This document shows positions 52,750 through 64,000 of a stretch of DNA of 64,000 nt, one piece after another (the first letter of the stretch is position 1; every line of letters begins with the position of its first letter). The DNA is from an uncultured Gemmatimonadales bacterium. Lineage in GTDB: Bacteria > Gemmatimonadota > Gemmatimonadetes > Gemmatimonadales > GWC2-71-9. Below the pieces are notes generated by a model. That model was not told where the DNA came from and did no database searches. It worked only from the letters and a program-made list of their open reading frames with translations. A program made the position numbers and the translations under genes. The DNA lies in assembly GCA_963798915.1 (NCBI GenBank), contig CAWCVB010000005.1, forward strand, positions 377,291 through 441,290. Direction: 5' to 3'.

Positions 52750-53751
52750 ATGCGCGCGCTCGTCCCTTGTGGCCTCACCCTCTCCGGACTCCTGCTCTGT
52801 GTCCCGGCGGCCCTGCCGGCCCAGCAGCCTGAGACGGACTTTCATCTCGCCGGCGGCAACTACGCCGTGTACAACCTCGCGGGCAGCCTCACCGTCGAGC
52901 GCGCCAGTGGCAACCAGCTCGCCGTTCATGTGAGCCGCCAGGGCGCGGACGGCGCCGCGCTGCGGGTGTCCACGGGTGATGTCAGGGGCCGTTCAGCGCT
53001 GCGCGTGATCTATCCCGACGCAGATGTGGTCTATTCCGGGATGGGGGAGCACGACGAGACGGAGCTGCAGGTGCGCGACGATGGGACGTTCGACGACGGC
53101 GTCGGTCATGGACGACGCGTGCGGATCCACGGAGCAGGCCGGGGAACGCGGGCCAGCGCCGATCTGAGGATCGGACTCCCTGCCGGCGCCTCGCTGCAGG
53201 TCCATCTCGCCGCTGGGCAAGTCATGGTGCAGAATGTCGAGGGGAATATTTCGGTGGATGTGGGCGCGGCCGGGGTCACGGTTGATGGCCTCACCGGCGA
53301 CTTCAGTCTCGACGCCGGCTCCGGGCCGGTGTCGTTGGCGCGGATCCGCGGCAAGCGGATCTCGCTCGACACCGGGTCGGGCGAGATCGAGGCCGCCGAT
53401 ATCGCTGCGACACAGCTCACCCTTGACAGCGGCTCGGGAAACGTCACGCTGGACGGGCTCGCGGCCGACGATGTCGACCTTGACACCGGCAGCGGCGCCA
53501 TCAGCGTAACGCTCGACACCGATGTGGAGTCGCTCAATCTCGACTCTGGCTCTGGATCCGTGACCATCCGCGCGCCTTCCGACCTGGGCGCGCACCTGAC
53601 GGTGGATGGCGGCTCGGGCCGCGTGGACGTGCGCCTGCCACTGGCGGACCGTCGAGGCGAGGATGGAGACCTTTCCGGAACGCTTGGGGACGGGAAGGGG
53701 CAGATTACGATCGACGCGGGATCGGGCGACGTCAGCATCCTTCCGAGGTAG
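52750..53751 (+). CDS. DUF4097 beta-strand repeat protein
   Basis: Signal peptide; repeated LD(T/S/A)GSGxV units. Confidence 0.85.
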   Translation: MRALVPCGLTLSGLLLCVPAALPAQQPETDFHLAGGNYAVYNLAGSLTVERASGNQLAVHVSRQGADGAALRVSTGDVRGRSALRVIYPDADVVYSGMGEHDETELQVRDDGTFDDGVGHGRRVRIHGAGRGTRASADLRIGLPAGASLQVHLAAGQVMVQNVEGNISVDVGAAGVTVDGLTGDFSLDAGSGPVSLARIRGKRISLDTGSGEIEAADIAATQLTLDSGSGNVTLDGLAADDVDLDTGSGAISVTLDTDVESLNLDSGSGSVTIRAPSDLGAHLTVDGGSGRVDVRLPLADRRGEDGDLSGTLGDGKGQITIDAGSGDVSILPR

Positions 53752-53758
53752 GCAACGC

Positions 53759-53822
53759 GCTGACAGGGGTTGAGCGTCGGCCCGTCAGGGCCGGTGGCAC
53801 GCGGACCTCAGCCCCTGTCGGC
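53759..53822. terminator. 16-bp inverted repeat between convergent genes
   Basis: GCTGACAGGGGTTGAG(53759-53774)/CTCAGCCCCTGTCGGC(53807-53822) with inner GGCCC-GTCA-GGGCC hairpin. Confidence 0.5.
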
Positions 53823-54386
53823 ACCTTCCAGCAGGCCGAGTCCCTCCTCATATCGCATGCCCTGCGACATCCGGTCGTACAGGGCGGCGAGGGTCTCGGG
53901 TGATGCGGCCAGAAAGCGGCAACGGGAATCGCCTTTGCTGCGACACTCCACCTCCATGACCGCGACCGTCTCACCCGCCATGCGGCCCAGAAAATCTGCC
54001 AGCAGCCCGCACGAGAGATGGCACGACGGGTAGCTGGCACCGCCGTCGTCGCTGGCCTCAGCCCAGTCGGCGGAATCAAGCGCCAGTGATACCTCGCCCA
54101 GCTGCTGCACCTCCAGCGTGCCCCAGCCCGTGTCGGCAAAGAATCGGGACAGCACCTCGCTGAGGTGGCTGGCATCGAGCTGGCCTGGTTCGGCTACGCC
54201 ATGGGATTGCCCCAGCCAGGTTGAATAGGCGGCGAAGAGTTCTTCGCCAGCGGCGAAGCCCGCCTCCTGGAGATAGGATGCTGCCTGCAGGCCGGTGTCG
54301 CGCTCCAGGCTCACGCGCAACTGTTGCAAGGCCCGCCGGCCGAGGCCGACACAATGATGGTCAGAGAGAAGTGCAGCGGTGCTCAT
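53808..54386 (-). CDS. Stand-alone V4R (4-vinyl reductase-like) domain protein
   Basis: TGWG, SCHLSCGLLADFL, EVECRSKGDSRCRF. Confidence 0.85.
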   Translation of the reverse strand: MSTAALLSDHHCVGLGRRALQQLRVSLERDTGLQAASYLQEAGFAAGEELFAAYSTWLGQSHGVAEPGQLDASHLSEVLSRFFADTGWGTLEVQQLGEVSLALDSADWAEASDDGGASYPSCHLSCGLLADFLGRMAGETVAVMEVECRSKGDSRCRFLAASPETLAALYDRMSQGMRYEEGLGLLEGADRG

Positions 54387-54416
54387 GATCGGCCAGTATG
54401 CTGAAGGTGAACCAAG

Positions 54417-57208
<2,792 letters not shown>

Positions 57209-57417
57209 GAGTCTGTCCCCGATGCCGTATGGAGTCCGAATCTAAGCAGGTTCGGCCCCGGCGGAATAGCATGCAGAAGCCGGCATTCCGGTGTACAATT
57301 ACTGGAGGCGTCAAGAAGCGATACGGCGCACTCACGGCATCCCGTGAGGCGAATCACGGCGGCCAGGCGGGCCTTGGGCCATGATACGTCAGGCCATCGA
57401 CATGGGAGGAACGCAAG

Positions 57418-57705
57418 ATGCGACATCATCACTCGGAGGGAAGTGCCGGCAGCCTGCTTTCGGGCATCCTGATTGGTGCGCTCGTGGGGGCCGGAGTCGC
57501 CCTCCTGTTCGCGCCACAGGCCGGCGAAGATACTCGCCGCGATCTATCCCGGCGTGCCCGGTCGGTCCGGGACGACGCCATTGACCGCCTGGACGATGCA
57601 TCGACCCGTGCCCGGCGCGAATTCAACCGCCGGCGTCGCCAGCTCCGTGAGCGCGTCGATGAGGGACTGGATGCCGTGAAGGAGCGGATCGCCGAGCATC
57701 GCTGA
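57418..57705 (+). CDS. YtxH domain protein
   Basis: LIGALVGAGVALLFAPQAGEDTR; GGAGG RBS. Confidence 0.88.
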   Translation: MRHHHSEGSAGSLLSGILIGALVGAGVALLFAPQAGEDTRRDLSRRARSVRDDAIDRLDDASTRARREFNRRRRQLRERVDEGLDAVKERIAEHR

Positions 57706-57711
57706 CCGGCG

Positions 57712-58492
57712 TCAGTGGCGTTGGGCAATCTTCAGAAGCAGGGCCGCAGCTTGCTGCTTGTTGCGCGGGTCATTCGGGTCGGCGGACGGCAGCCGTCCAA
57801 TGAACTCCAGCTGGGTGCGGGCTTCGGCCCAGCGCTTCAGGTCGACGTAGACCTGGGCGAGATCGAGGCGATGCACAATGCGGCGCGGGTTGAGTTCGAC
57901 GGCGCGCTCGAGGTTGGCTACGGCCCCGTCCCAGGACGCCTTGCTGAAGATCGCACCGCCCAGAAAGTTCCGGGCGACGAACCGTTCCACGCCCGACAGG
58001 CGCATGATCTCGGCGTTCCACCGGCCGAGGATGTGATATCCGCCGTCGTGCTCCGGGATTGAGCCGAATCGTCTGCAGCGCTTCGTCCCGTATTTCGCGC
58101 GCCCGCTCAACCCGTTCCTTCTTGCTCTTGGTGAGCGAGGCTCGGCCGATGGCGTCGGCCAGCACAAAGTGACCCTCGGCATCGTCGGGGCGAAGCGCCA
58201 CGGCGCGGCGCGCATACCGTTCAGCCAGTGCGTAGAGTGAATCGCGAGCGGCAGACTTGACGGTGTCCGGCGTTTGCTGGCCCACGTCGATGAGCGAGAG
58301 TGCCGTGCGCCAGTTCGCTTCGTAGCTGGCGGAATCCAGCTCCGCGGCCCGCTGGAAATCCTGCAGCGCGCCTTCCGCGTCGAGCGAGTCGCGCGCGGCA
58401 ATGCCGGCCTGAATCAGCTCGGCCGCCGTTTGGGCCGCCGCCGGCGCAGCAGCCGCGAGCGCCAGCGACAAAGATACCGCGAGTCCCCGCAT
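57712..58492 (-). CDS. Secreted TPR protein; apparent +1 frameshift at 58055-58057
   Basis: Signal peptide; TPR helices; removing one base joins ..IRLNP to EHDGGYHILGRWN.. (259 aa). Confidence 0.78.
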
Positions 58493-58534
58493 GCATTCTC
58501 CAGTCCACGGCTGTCCCGAGTGGGAGCCTGTTCA

Positions 58535-59860
58535 ATGGTCGTACCGCGGCTGATAGAGCGCAAGCGCGACGGTCAGGAGCTGGCGCCTGCTGAATGGACG
58601 GCGCTCATCGAGGCATTCGGGGCCGGGCAGGTGCCGGATTACCAGATGGCCGCCATGCTCATGGCGATCTTCTTCCGCGGTATGGGCGCGGCCGAGCTGA
58701 GTGCGCTGACCGACGCCATGCTTGGCAGCGGCGACTGCCTGCGGTTCGAGGGATGGCGGACGCCGCGGGTCGACAAGCACTCCACCGGTGGTGTGGGAGA
58801 CAAGACCAGCCTTCTGCTCGCCCCCATGCTCGCCGCCGCAGGCGTGGCTGTGCCGATGATGTCCGGCCGCGGCTTGGGGCACACCGGCGGAACCCTCGAC
58901 AAGCTCGAGTCGATCCGGGGATTCCGGACCGCCATTCCCCTTCGGGTCGCGGAAGAGCAGGTCAAGCGCCTCAACTGCGTCATGATTGGCCAGACACCCG
59001 AAATTGCGCCCGTGGACAAGAGGCTCTATGCCCTGCGGGACGTCACCGCCACCGTGGAATCGATCCCGCTCATCGCCGCAAGCATCATGTCCAAGAAACT
59101 CGCCGAAGGGTTGAATGGACTGGTGCTCGACGTGAAGACGGGCAGCGGAGCGTTTCTTCCCTCGACTGACGAGGCGCTGGACCTGGCCCGCACCATGGTG
59201 GCGCTGGGCGAAACCCGAGGCTGCCGGGTTACGGCGCTGCTGACCGCCATGGACCGGCCCCTGGGTCGGACTGCCGGCAACGCCCTGGAGGTACGGGAGG
59301 CCATTGAGGGCCTTCGGGGTGAGGGTCCCGATGACCTGATGGAAGTGACATTCGCGCTGGGCGCCGAAATGCTCGGTGTGGTCGGACTTGAAACCGATCC
59401 CGGAGCGGCGCGCAAGCGCCTGGCTGAAACCATTTCGTCGGGCCGCGCGCTGGAGCGACTGCAGCAGATGGTGGAAGCGCAGGGAGGGGACCCCGCGCTT
59501 GTCGAGCATCCCGAAGGGCTTCCGCTGGCGCCGACGCGGGAACCCTACCTGGCGCCGTTGTCAGGCTGGGTGACCTCGATCGAGCCGCGCGCCATTGGCC
59601 GGGCCATCGTAGCTCTGGGTGGTGGTCGCGCGCGCATGGAAGACACGATAGATCCGTCCGTCGGCTTCGTTTTCGAGGCCAAGCCGGGCGCATGGGTGGA
59701 GCGAGGTGAGCGGGTGGCCGAGATTCATGCGCAGAGCGCGGCGGCCGCTGCCGCCGGCGCGGACGCTCTCTCCGGCGCGATCACCATCGGGGAACGTGCG
59801 GAACTGCTGCCGCTGGTATCGCATCGCGTCACCGCCAACGGCGTGGAACGGGTGGCATGA
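58535..59860 (+). CDS. deoA: Thymidine / pyrimidine-nucleoside phosphorylase
   Basis: DKHSTGGVGDK, MSGRGLGHTGGTLDKLESI, SIMSKK, LDVKTGSGAF. Confidence 0.95.
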   Translation: MVVPRLIERKRDGQELAPAEWTALIEAFGAGQVPDYQMAAMLMAIFFRGMGAAELSALTDAMLGSGDCLRFEGWRTPRVDKHSTGGVGDKTSLLLAPMLAAAGVAVPMMSGRGLGHTGGTLDKLESIRGFRTAIPLRVAEEQVKRLNCVMIGQTPEIAPVDKRLYALRDVTATVESIPLIAASIMSKKLAEGLNGLVLDVKTGSGAFLPSTDEALDLARTMVALGETRGCRVTALLTAMDRPLGRTAGNALEVREAIEGLRGEGPDDLMEVTFALGAEMLGVVGLETDPGAARKRLAETISSGRALERLQQMVEAQGGDPALVEHPEGLPLAPTREPYLAPLSGWVTSIEPRAIGRAIVALGGGRARMEDTIDPSVGFVFEAKPGAWVERGERVAEIHAQSAAAAAAGADALSGAITIGERAELLPLVSHRVTANGVERVA

Positions 59861-60099
59861 TCGTCTATCTTTTTGCGCTCATGGCCGCGCTGGCGCTGGC
59901 CGGATGGCTCATCCGTCGGGGCGAGCACAGCGAGTACCGCCAGCAGGATCGGCCGCCGGACGATGTGGACTGGGATGCACTGGAGGAGGCCGAGCGCGAA
60001 GTGCAGAGCTGGGATTCGACAATACGGCCGGAAGATGAGGCGCCGGGCGCCGATTGGGGGCCGGGCACTGGCCGGCCTCGGCCACCCGAGCTGCTGTAG
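59857..60099 (+). CDS. Small hypothetical membrane-anchored acidic protein
   Basis: N-terminal TM helix; ATGA overlap with deoA. Confidence 0.6.
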   Translation: MIVYLFALMAALALAGWLIRRGEHSEYRQQDRPPDDVDWDALEEAEREVQSWDSTIRPEDEAPGADWGPGTGRPRPPELL

Positions 60100-60186
60100 C
60101 ACCGGCAGGTCGTCGATGAGGCGACTCCGGTCTTCACCCGCTGCTGACGCCTGAAGACCGACGACCTATTCTGTTTTCGTGTGAAA

Positions 60187-61458
60187 TTATCGGGACTGGG
60201 ATGGGGACGAATCGCGGCGAGTCTGGCGCAGCATCGCCAGCGCCAGGGCCACATTCACTGGCAGTGCGAAGGCTATGATCTCCCAGTTCATCTGGCTCCG
60301 TCCCGGAAGCAGCTTGACCAGCAAGCCCGCCACTGAGGTCAGCGCGACCACCAACGCCAGCCGCGCCGCCATCGGGGAAACGCGATGCCCGCGAAGCGCA
60401 CGCGGAAGGAACGGCAGGAGGAGCAGGGCCAGCGGGCACAGCTGCAGCAGGTTCTCGTTGGCGTACGTGGCCGTGTGATCGGTCAGCCCCCACAACCCCG
60501 CGACCAGCAGTCCACCCAGCCCGGACAGCAACAGCCAGCCAGTCGCGATGACCGCAAAACTCCAGCGCGCCAGACCTGAGTCCGACAGCCTCGACCCGGC
60601 GCCAACCAGCAGTCCGCCCGCGACCATCCCGGCCAGCAGGAACCACGGCCACCACCTTGGTGGTGTGATGGGTGGGGCTTCGCCGGTCGACCGGAACAAC
60701 AGTTCCTCTGCTTTGACCAGGGGCCGAGGCGTGCCGTCCGGGTCCCTCAGTGTAACGTCACGCAGATGGTCGCGCAGCGCCATCGGCAGGAACATCTCCT
60801 CATACTGGGAAATGGGGCGGTCGGTGGAGCGGCCCAGCCCCAGTTCAATGCCGACATAGACCGGCAGGCTATTCTCGGTCAGCCGGCGTGTCTCGGCGCG
60901 GAAGGTCGTCCCCGAAGGCAGGCCCTGTGTCTGCGCCTTGATGGCGCCGCCGATGACCCGGTCGAGGGCGTCTCGCACTCGCGTGGAGCAGTTGTCGTAG
61001 TAGTAATCGTAGTGATAGAACCGGTTCTCGGGCCGGACATTCCATTCCAGGAACTGCTTGAGGGCCAGGCGCTGTGGAGGCGAGAGGGCGAGTTCCTGGA
61101 TCCAGACCGACCGGTTGCGCTGGATGTAGGCGCCGAGTTCCGAGCGCACATTGCCGCCAGCCATCCAGTACAGCATGTCGCCCTTCAGGAAGCGCGGCCA
61201 GAAATCGGCGGCACCAAAGTCGAACATGCCGTAGTTATACCAGCGTGCCTCGCCGGTTATGCTGTCTTCCACCATGATGGCGTTGTGCCCGAAGCGCTCC
61301 CACACTTCGGCACCCGGGCCGATGGTAATGACGGAAATGCGGAGAGCTGTGCCAGAGGGCGAGACGGCCTGGCTCCGGAGGGAAACGAACGGCAGAACCA
61401 GAAGAAGGAGCAGCAACGCCAATATGCGGGACATGCTGCGGCCATGCCCGATGTTCAT
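60187..61458 (-). CDS. DUF4105 domain membrane protein (Lnb-like lipoprotein N-acyltransferase); start 61458 or 61434
   Basis: TIGPG..FGHNAI, YNYGMFDF, YDYYYDNCSTR, FLP, C-terminal TM helices. Confidence 0.82.
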   Translation of the reverse strand: MNIGHGRSMSRILALLLLLLVLPFVSLRSQAVSPSGTALRISVITIGPGAEVWERFGHNAIMVEDSITGEARWYNYGMFDFGAADFWPRFLKGDMLYWMAGGNVRSELGAYIQRNRSVWIQELALSPPQRLALKQFLEWNVRPENRFYHYDYYYDNCSTRVRDALDRVIGGAIKAQTQGLPSGTTFRAETRRLTENSLPVYVGIELGLGRSTDRPISQYEEMFLPMALRDHLRDVTLRDPDGTPRPLVKAEELLFRSTGEAPPITPPRWWPWFLLAGMVAGGLLVGAGSRLSDSGLARWSFAVIATGWLLLSGLGGLLVAGLWGLTDHTATYANENLLQLCPLALLLLPFLPRALRGHRVSPMAARLALVVALTSVAGLLVKLLPGRSQMNWEIIAFALPVNVALALAMLRQTRRDSSPSQSR

Positions 61459-64000
61459 TCGCCGCTCAGCTCCACCACCCATACATCGCTCTGCCGGTCG
61501 TTGATCGCAAAGAAGATGCGGTTGCCATCGGTCGCCCACTCGACCCGGTAGGACGGGCGCATCGGATCGTCGAAGATGACAAGAGGCCGGGGCGCGCTGC
61601 CGTCGCGCGGCAGCGCCCACAGCGTTGCTCTTCCCTCGGCATCGTGGCTCTTGAACCAGAGTGTGCGGTCGTCTGCCCCTTCGGCGGGCCATTCCGCATG
61701 CGGGTCATTCGTGCCAGGCCTCGGCGAATAGAGCGTGTCCACGGCGCCTGTAGCCGGCGAAACCTCGACAATGCGGCCATCGGGTGTATTGCCGGTCAGC
61801 CGCAGGCCATCATGGGACCAGCGTGGCCATACAAAGCGGCTGGCCAGTTGCCTGGCGGGGCCCCAGTGGCCATTCGCGCTTCGCTGCGAGATTGAGGTCA
61901 CGAACCCATCCCGGCTGTACCACGCAAGCGCCTTGCCGTCTGGCGCCCAATCGGCCACACGCTGTTCGCTGGCTGATGCCGCTACGCGCACCGGACTGCC
62001 GCCGCCCAGCGGGAGCACGAAAATCTGCCGCACGCCATCCTGAAGGGTGTGGTAGGCGATTTCGGTTCCATCCGGCGAGAGCGCCGGCTGGAACTCATCG
62101 GCGGCAGCGAATGTCAGCCGGCTCGCCTCGCCACCAGCAATCGGCATGCGGTACAGGTCGGAACTGCCGTGCAGGTTCGAATCGTACAGCAGCCACTTGC
62201 GATCGGCCGACACGCGAAATCCCTCGATGACCTGGCTGCCCGATGTCACCGCCCGCGCCACCGAAATTGACGCGGGCGGGGTATGCGGTACTGGCAGAGC
62301 CCAGATATTCGCCTTGGCGGTGTAGACCGCATAGGCGAGCTCCCTGCCGTCGCCTGCCAGGCTGACGGACATGGCGTTGAGGCCGGTCGTGAGGCGGGCC
62401 GGAGCTCCCCGCGGGTGAAAGGTCCGCGACAGGCGCAGCTGATAGATGTCGCGTGACCCGTCCCGGTCTGACACGTAGAAGAGCGAACGCCCATCGGGGG
62501 ACCAGACCGGGCTCTGGTTGTTGCGGATGCTGTCGGTCACCGGAATGGCCACGCCGCCCGTGACGGACAGGATGACAATGCCGCTCGGCGCGGTGTTCCC
62601 GAAATTGCTGCCCGGCTGCACGAACTCGGGATTGCCCGACACGCACGCAAGGGCGCGTCCCGTCGTTGACCAGGTGCAGGAGTGAAGCTGTCGGCCGGCC
62701 GCCACCGCAACGGCCATTCCCGTAGCGACGGTGAAATCGTACAGACTGTCACCGAGGGCGAACGCCACCTTCTTCCCGTCGGGCGACCACGCTGCCGAAC
62801 GAATGGCGACTCCTCCGCGGGCCGCGATCAACGGTCGGGCCTGCCCACCCAGCCCTGGGGCGGTGAAGACGCCGCCATTGGCCAGATACAGGATCGTGCT
62901 GCCGTCAGGTGACCAGCGAGGTTGCGTCTGGACCGCGCTGCTGTCATCGGTGAGCGGGATGACACGCCCGCCTCCGACCGGTCGGACAAAGATGCGGGTG
63001 CGGGTGGATGTGCCGGCGGCGTACGCCACGAACTTCGCGTCGGGCGCAATCGCTGGGAGAATTTCGAGGCCCGCATCGGCCGTAATCTGGGTCGCGGCCC
63101 CGAAGGTGACGCTCGCGGGCGGGCGCAGCAGTCGACCCATCGCAAAGGCCGCGGCCCCGACCAGCACGACCGCAACGCCGCCAAAAAGCAGGCCTCGCCG
63201 CCGGGTTGACGCGGACGCCACCGGTCGGGTGTCGGTTGGAGTCACGCCGCCGCTTGTGGCGGGCACGAGCTCCAGCTGCGCCAACAGCTCGTCGGCGCTC
63301 TGCCAGCGATCGGCGGCCCGCTTCTCCAGGCAGCGCATCACCGCACTGGTCAGCAGAGGGGAAATGGCCGGGCGCCGCTTGGAGATGGAATCGGGGATTT
63401 CGCTGACGTGGGCGGCGAGGACCTGTTGCGGCGTGTTCCCGATGAAGGGTGGCCGCCCGGACAGGAGTTCGTACGCCATCACGCCCACGGAGTAGATATC
63501 AGAGCGGTGGTCAATGTGGGTGTCAGCCGCGGCCTGCTCGGGCGACATGTAGGTCGGCGTGCCGATCGCCACGCCGAGGGTGGTGATGGTGTTGCGCCCG
63601 GTGGCCTCGCTGACCGCCTTGGCGACGCCGAAGTCGGCGACCAGCGCGTGGCGGCCGGAGAGCATCACGTTGTCGGGCTTGATGTCCCGGTGGACCACGC
63701 CGCGCGCATGGGCGTGGGCCAGCGCGTCGACGACTTCCTTGAGCAGCCGAAGCGCCTCGTGCAGGGGTAGCTCGCCCTCACGATCGATCCGTTCCCTGAG
63801 CGAGCCGCCCGAGACGAATGGCATGACGTAGTACAGGTACGCCGCGCCTTCGGCCCGCGTGATCTCGCCGGAGTCGAGCAGCGGCAGCACATTGGGGTGC
63901 TGAAGTTGGGCGGCGATTTCGATTTCGCGGAGAAATCGGGCAGGGCCGAGCGATGCGGCCAGATCCGCCCGCAGCACCTTGATGGCGACCTGCCGATGAT
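61455..64000 (-). CDS. Ser/Thr protein kinase with TM helix and TolB/PD40 repeats, 5' end outside window
   Basis: VAIKVL, HRDIKPDN, DFG, GTPTYMSPEQ; multiple WSPDG repeats. Confidence 0.95.
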   Translation of the reverse strand, partial: HRQVAIKVLRADLAASLGPARFLREIEIAAQLQHPNVLPLLDSGEITRAEGAAYLYYVMPFVSGGSLRERIDREGELPLHEALRLLKEVVDALAHAHARGVVHRDIKPDNVMLSGRHALVADFGVAKAVSEATGRNTITTLGVAIGTPTYMSPEQAAADTHIDHRSDIYSVGVMAYELLSGRPPFIGNTPQQVLAAHVSEIPDSISKRRPAISPLLTSAVMRCLEKRAADRWQSADELLAQLELVPATSGGVTPTDTRPVASASTRRRGLLFGGVAVVLVGAAAFAMGRLLRPPASVTFGAATQITADAGLEILPAIAPDAKFVAYAAGTSTRTRIFVRPVGGGRVIPLTDDSSAVQTQPRWSPDGSTILYLANGGVFTAPGLGGQARPLIAARGGVAIRSAAWSPDGKKVAFALGDSLYDFTVATGMAVAVAAGRQLHSCTWSTTGRALACVSGNPEFVQPGSNFGNTAPSGIVILSVTGGVAIPVTDSIRNNQSPVWSPDGRSLFYVSDRDGSRDIYQLRLSRTFHPRGAPARLTTGLNAMSVSLAGDGRELAYAVYTAKANIWALPVPHTPPASISVARAVTSGSQVIEGFRVSADRKWLLYDSNLHGSSDLYRMPIAGGEASRLTFAAADEFQPALSPDGTEIAYHTLQDGVRQIFVLPLGGGSPVRVAASASEQRVADWAPDGKALAWYSRDGFVTSISQRSANGHWGPARQLASRFVWPRWSHDGLRLTGNTPDGRIVEVSPATGAVDTLYSPRPGTNDPHAEWPAEGADDRTLWFKSHDAEGRATLWALPRDGSAPRPLVIFDDPMRPSYRVEWATDGNRIFFAINDRQSDVWVVELSGE

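Noticed and set aside
52750..53751. DNA-level repeats in the DUF4097 gene
   Set aside because: Explained by protein beta-strand repeats, not a separate element.

Overview
High-GC bacterial chromosomal segment. The gene repertoire (Ser/Thr kinase with TolB-like repeats, lineage-typical TonB receptors, stand-alone V4R) suggests Gemmatimonadota; this is an inference, not a database result. The window holds about 65 mostly housekeeping or envelope genes, and I saw no CRISPR array, tRNA, rRNA, transposase or prophage. Main blocks: pspA-like / POT transporter / tsdA-like cytochrome; two TonB-dependent receptors; mscL with a Zn-ribbon tail; a membrane protein / wHTH regulator / uppS module with two palindromic operators; tdk-coaE-gcvH-gcvP-lipoate ligase-oppABCDF; a catalytically dead DEAD-box-like protein; an archaeal-style nurA-herA-mre11-rad50 repair cluster split by a chloride channel gene and followed by a GNAT; a probable 6S RNA upstream of PTPS-folE; and ligA flanked by stand-alone GAF and V4R genes. 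Five to six +1 frameshifts in short homopolymers look like sequencing errors. All family assignments come from motif recognition by eye.
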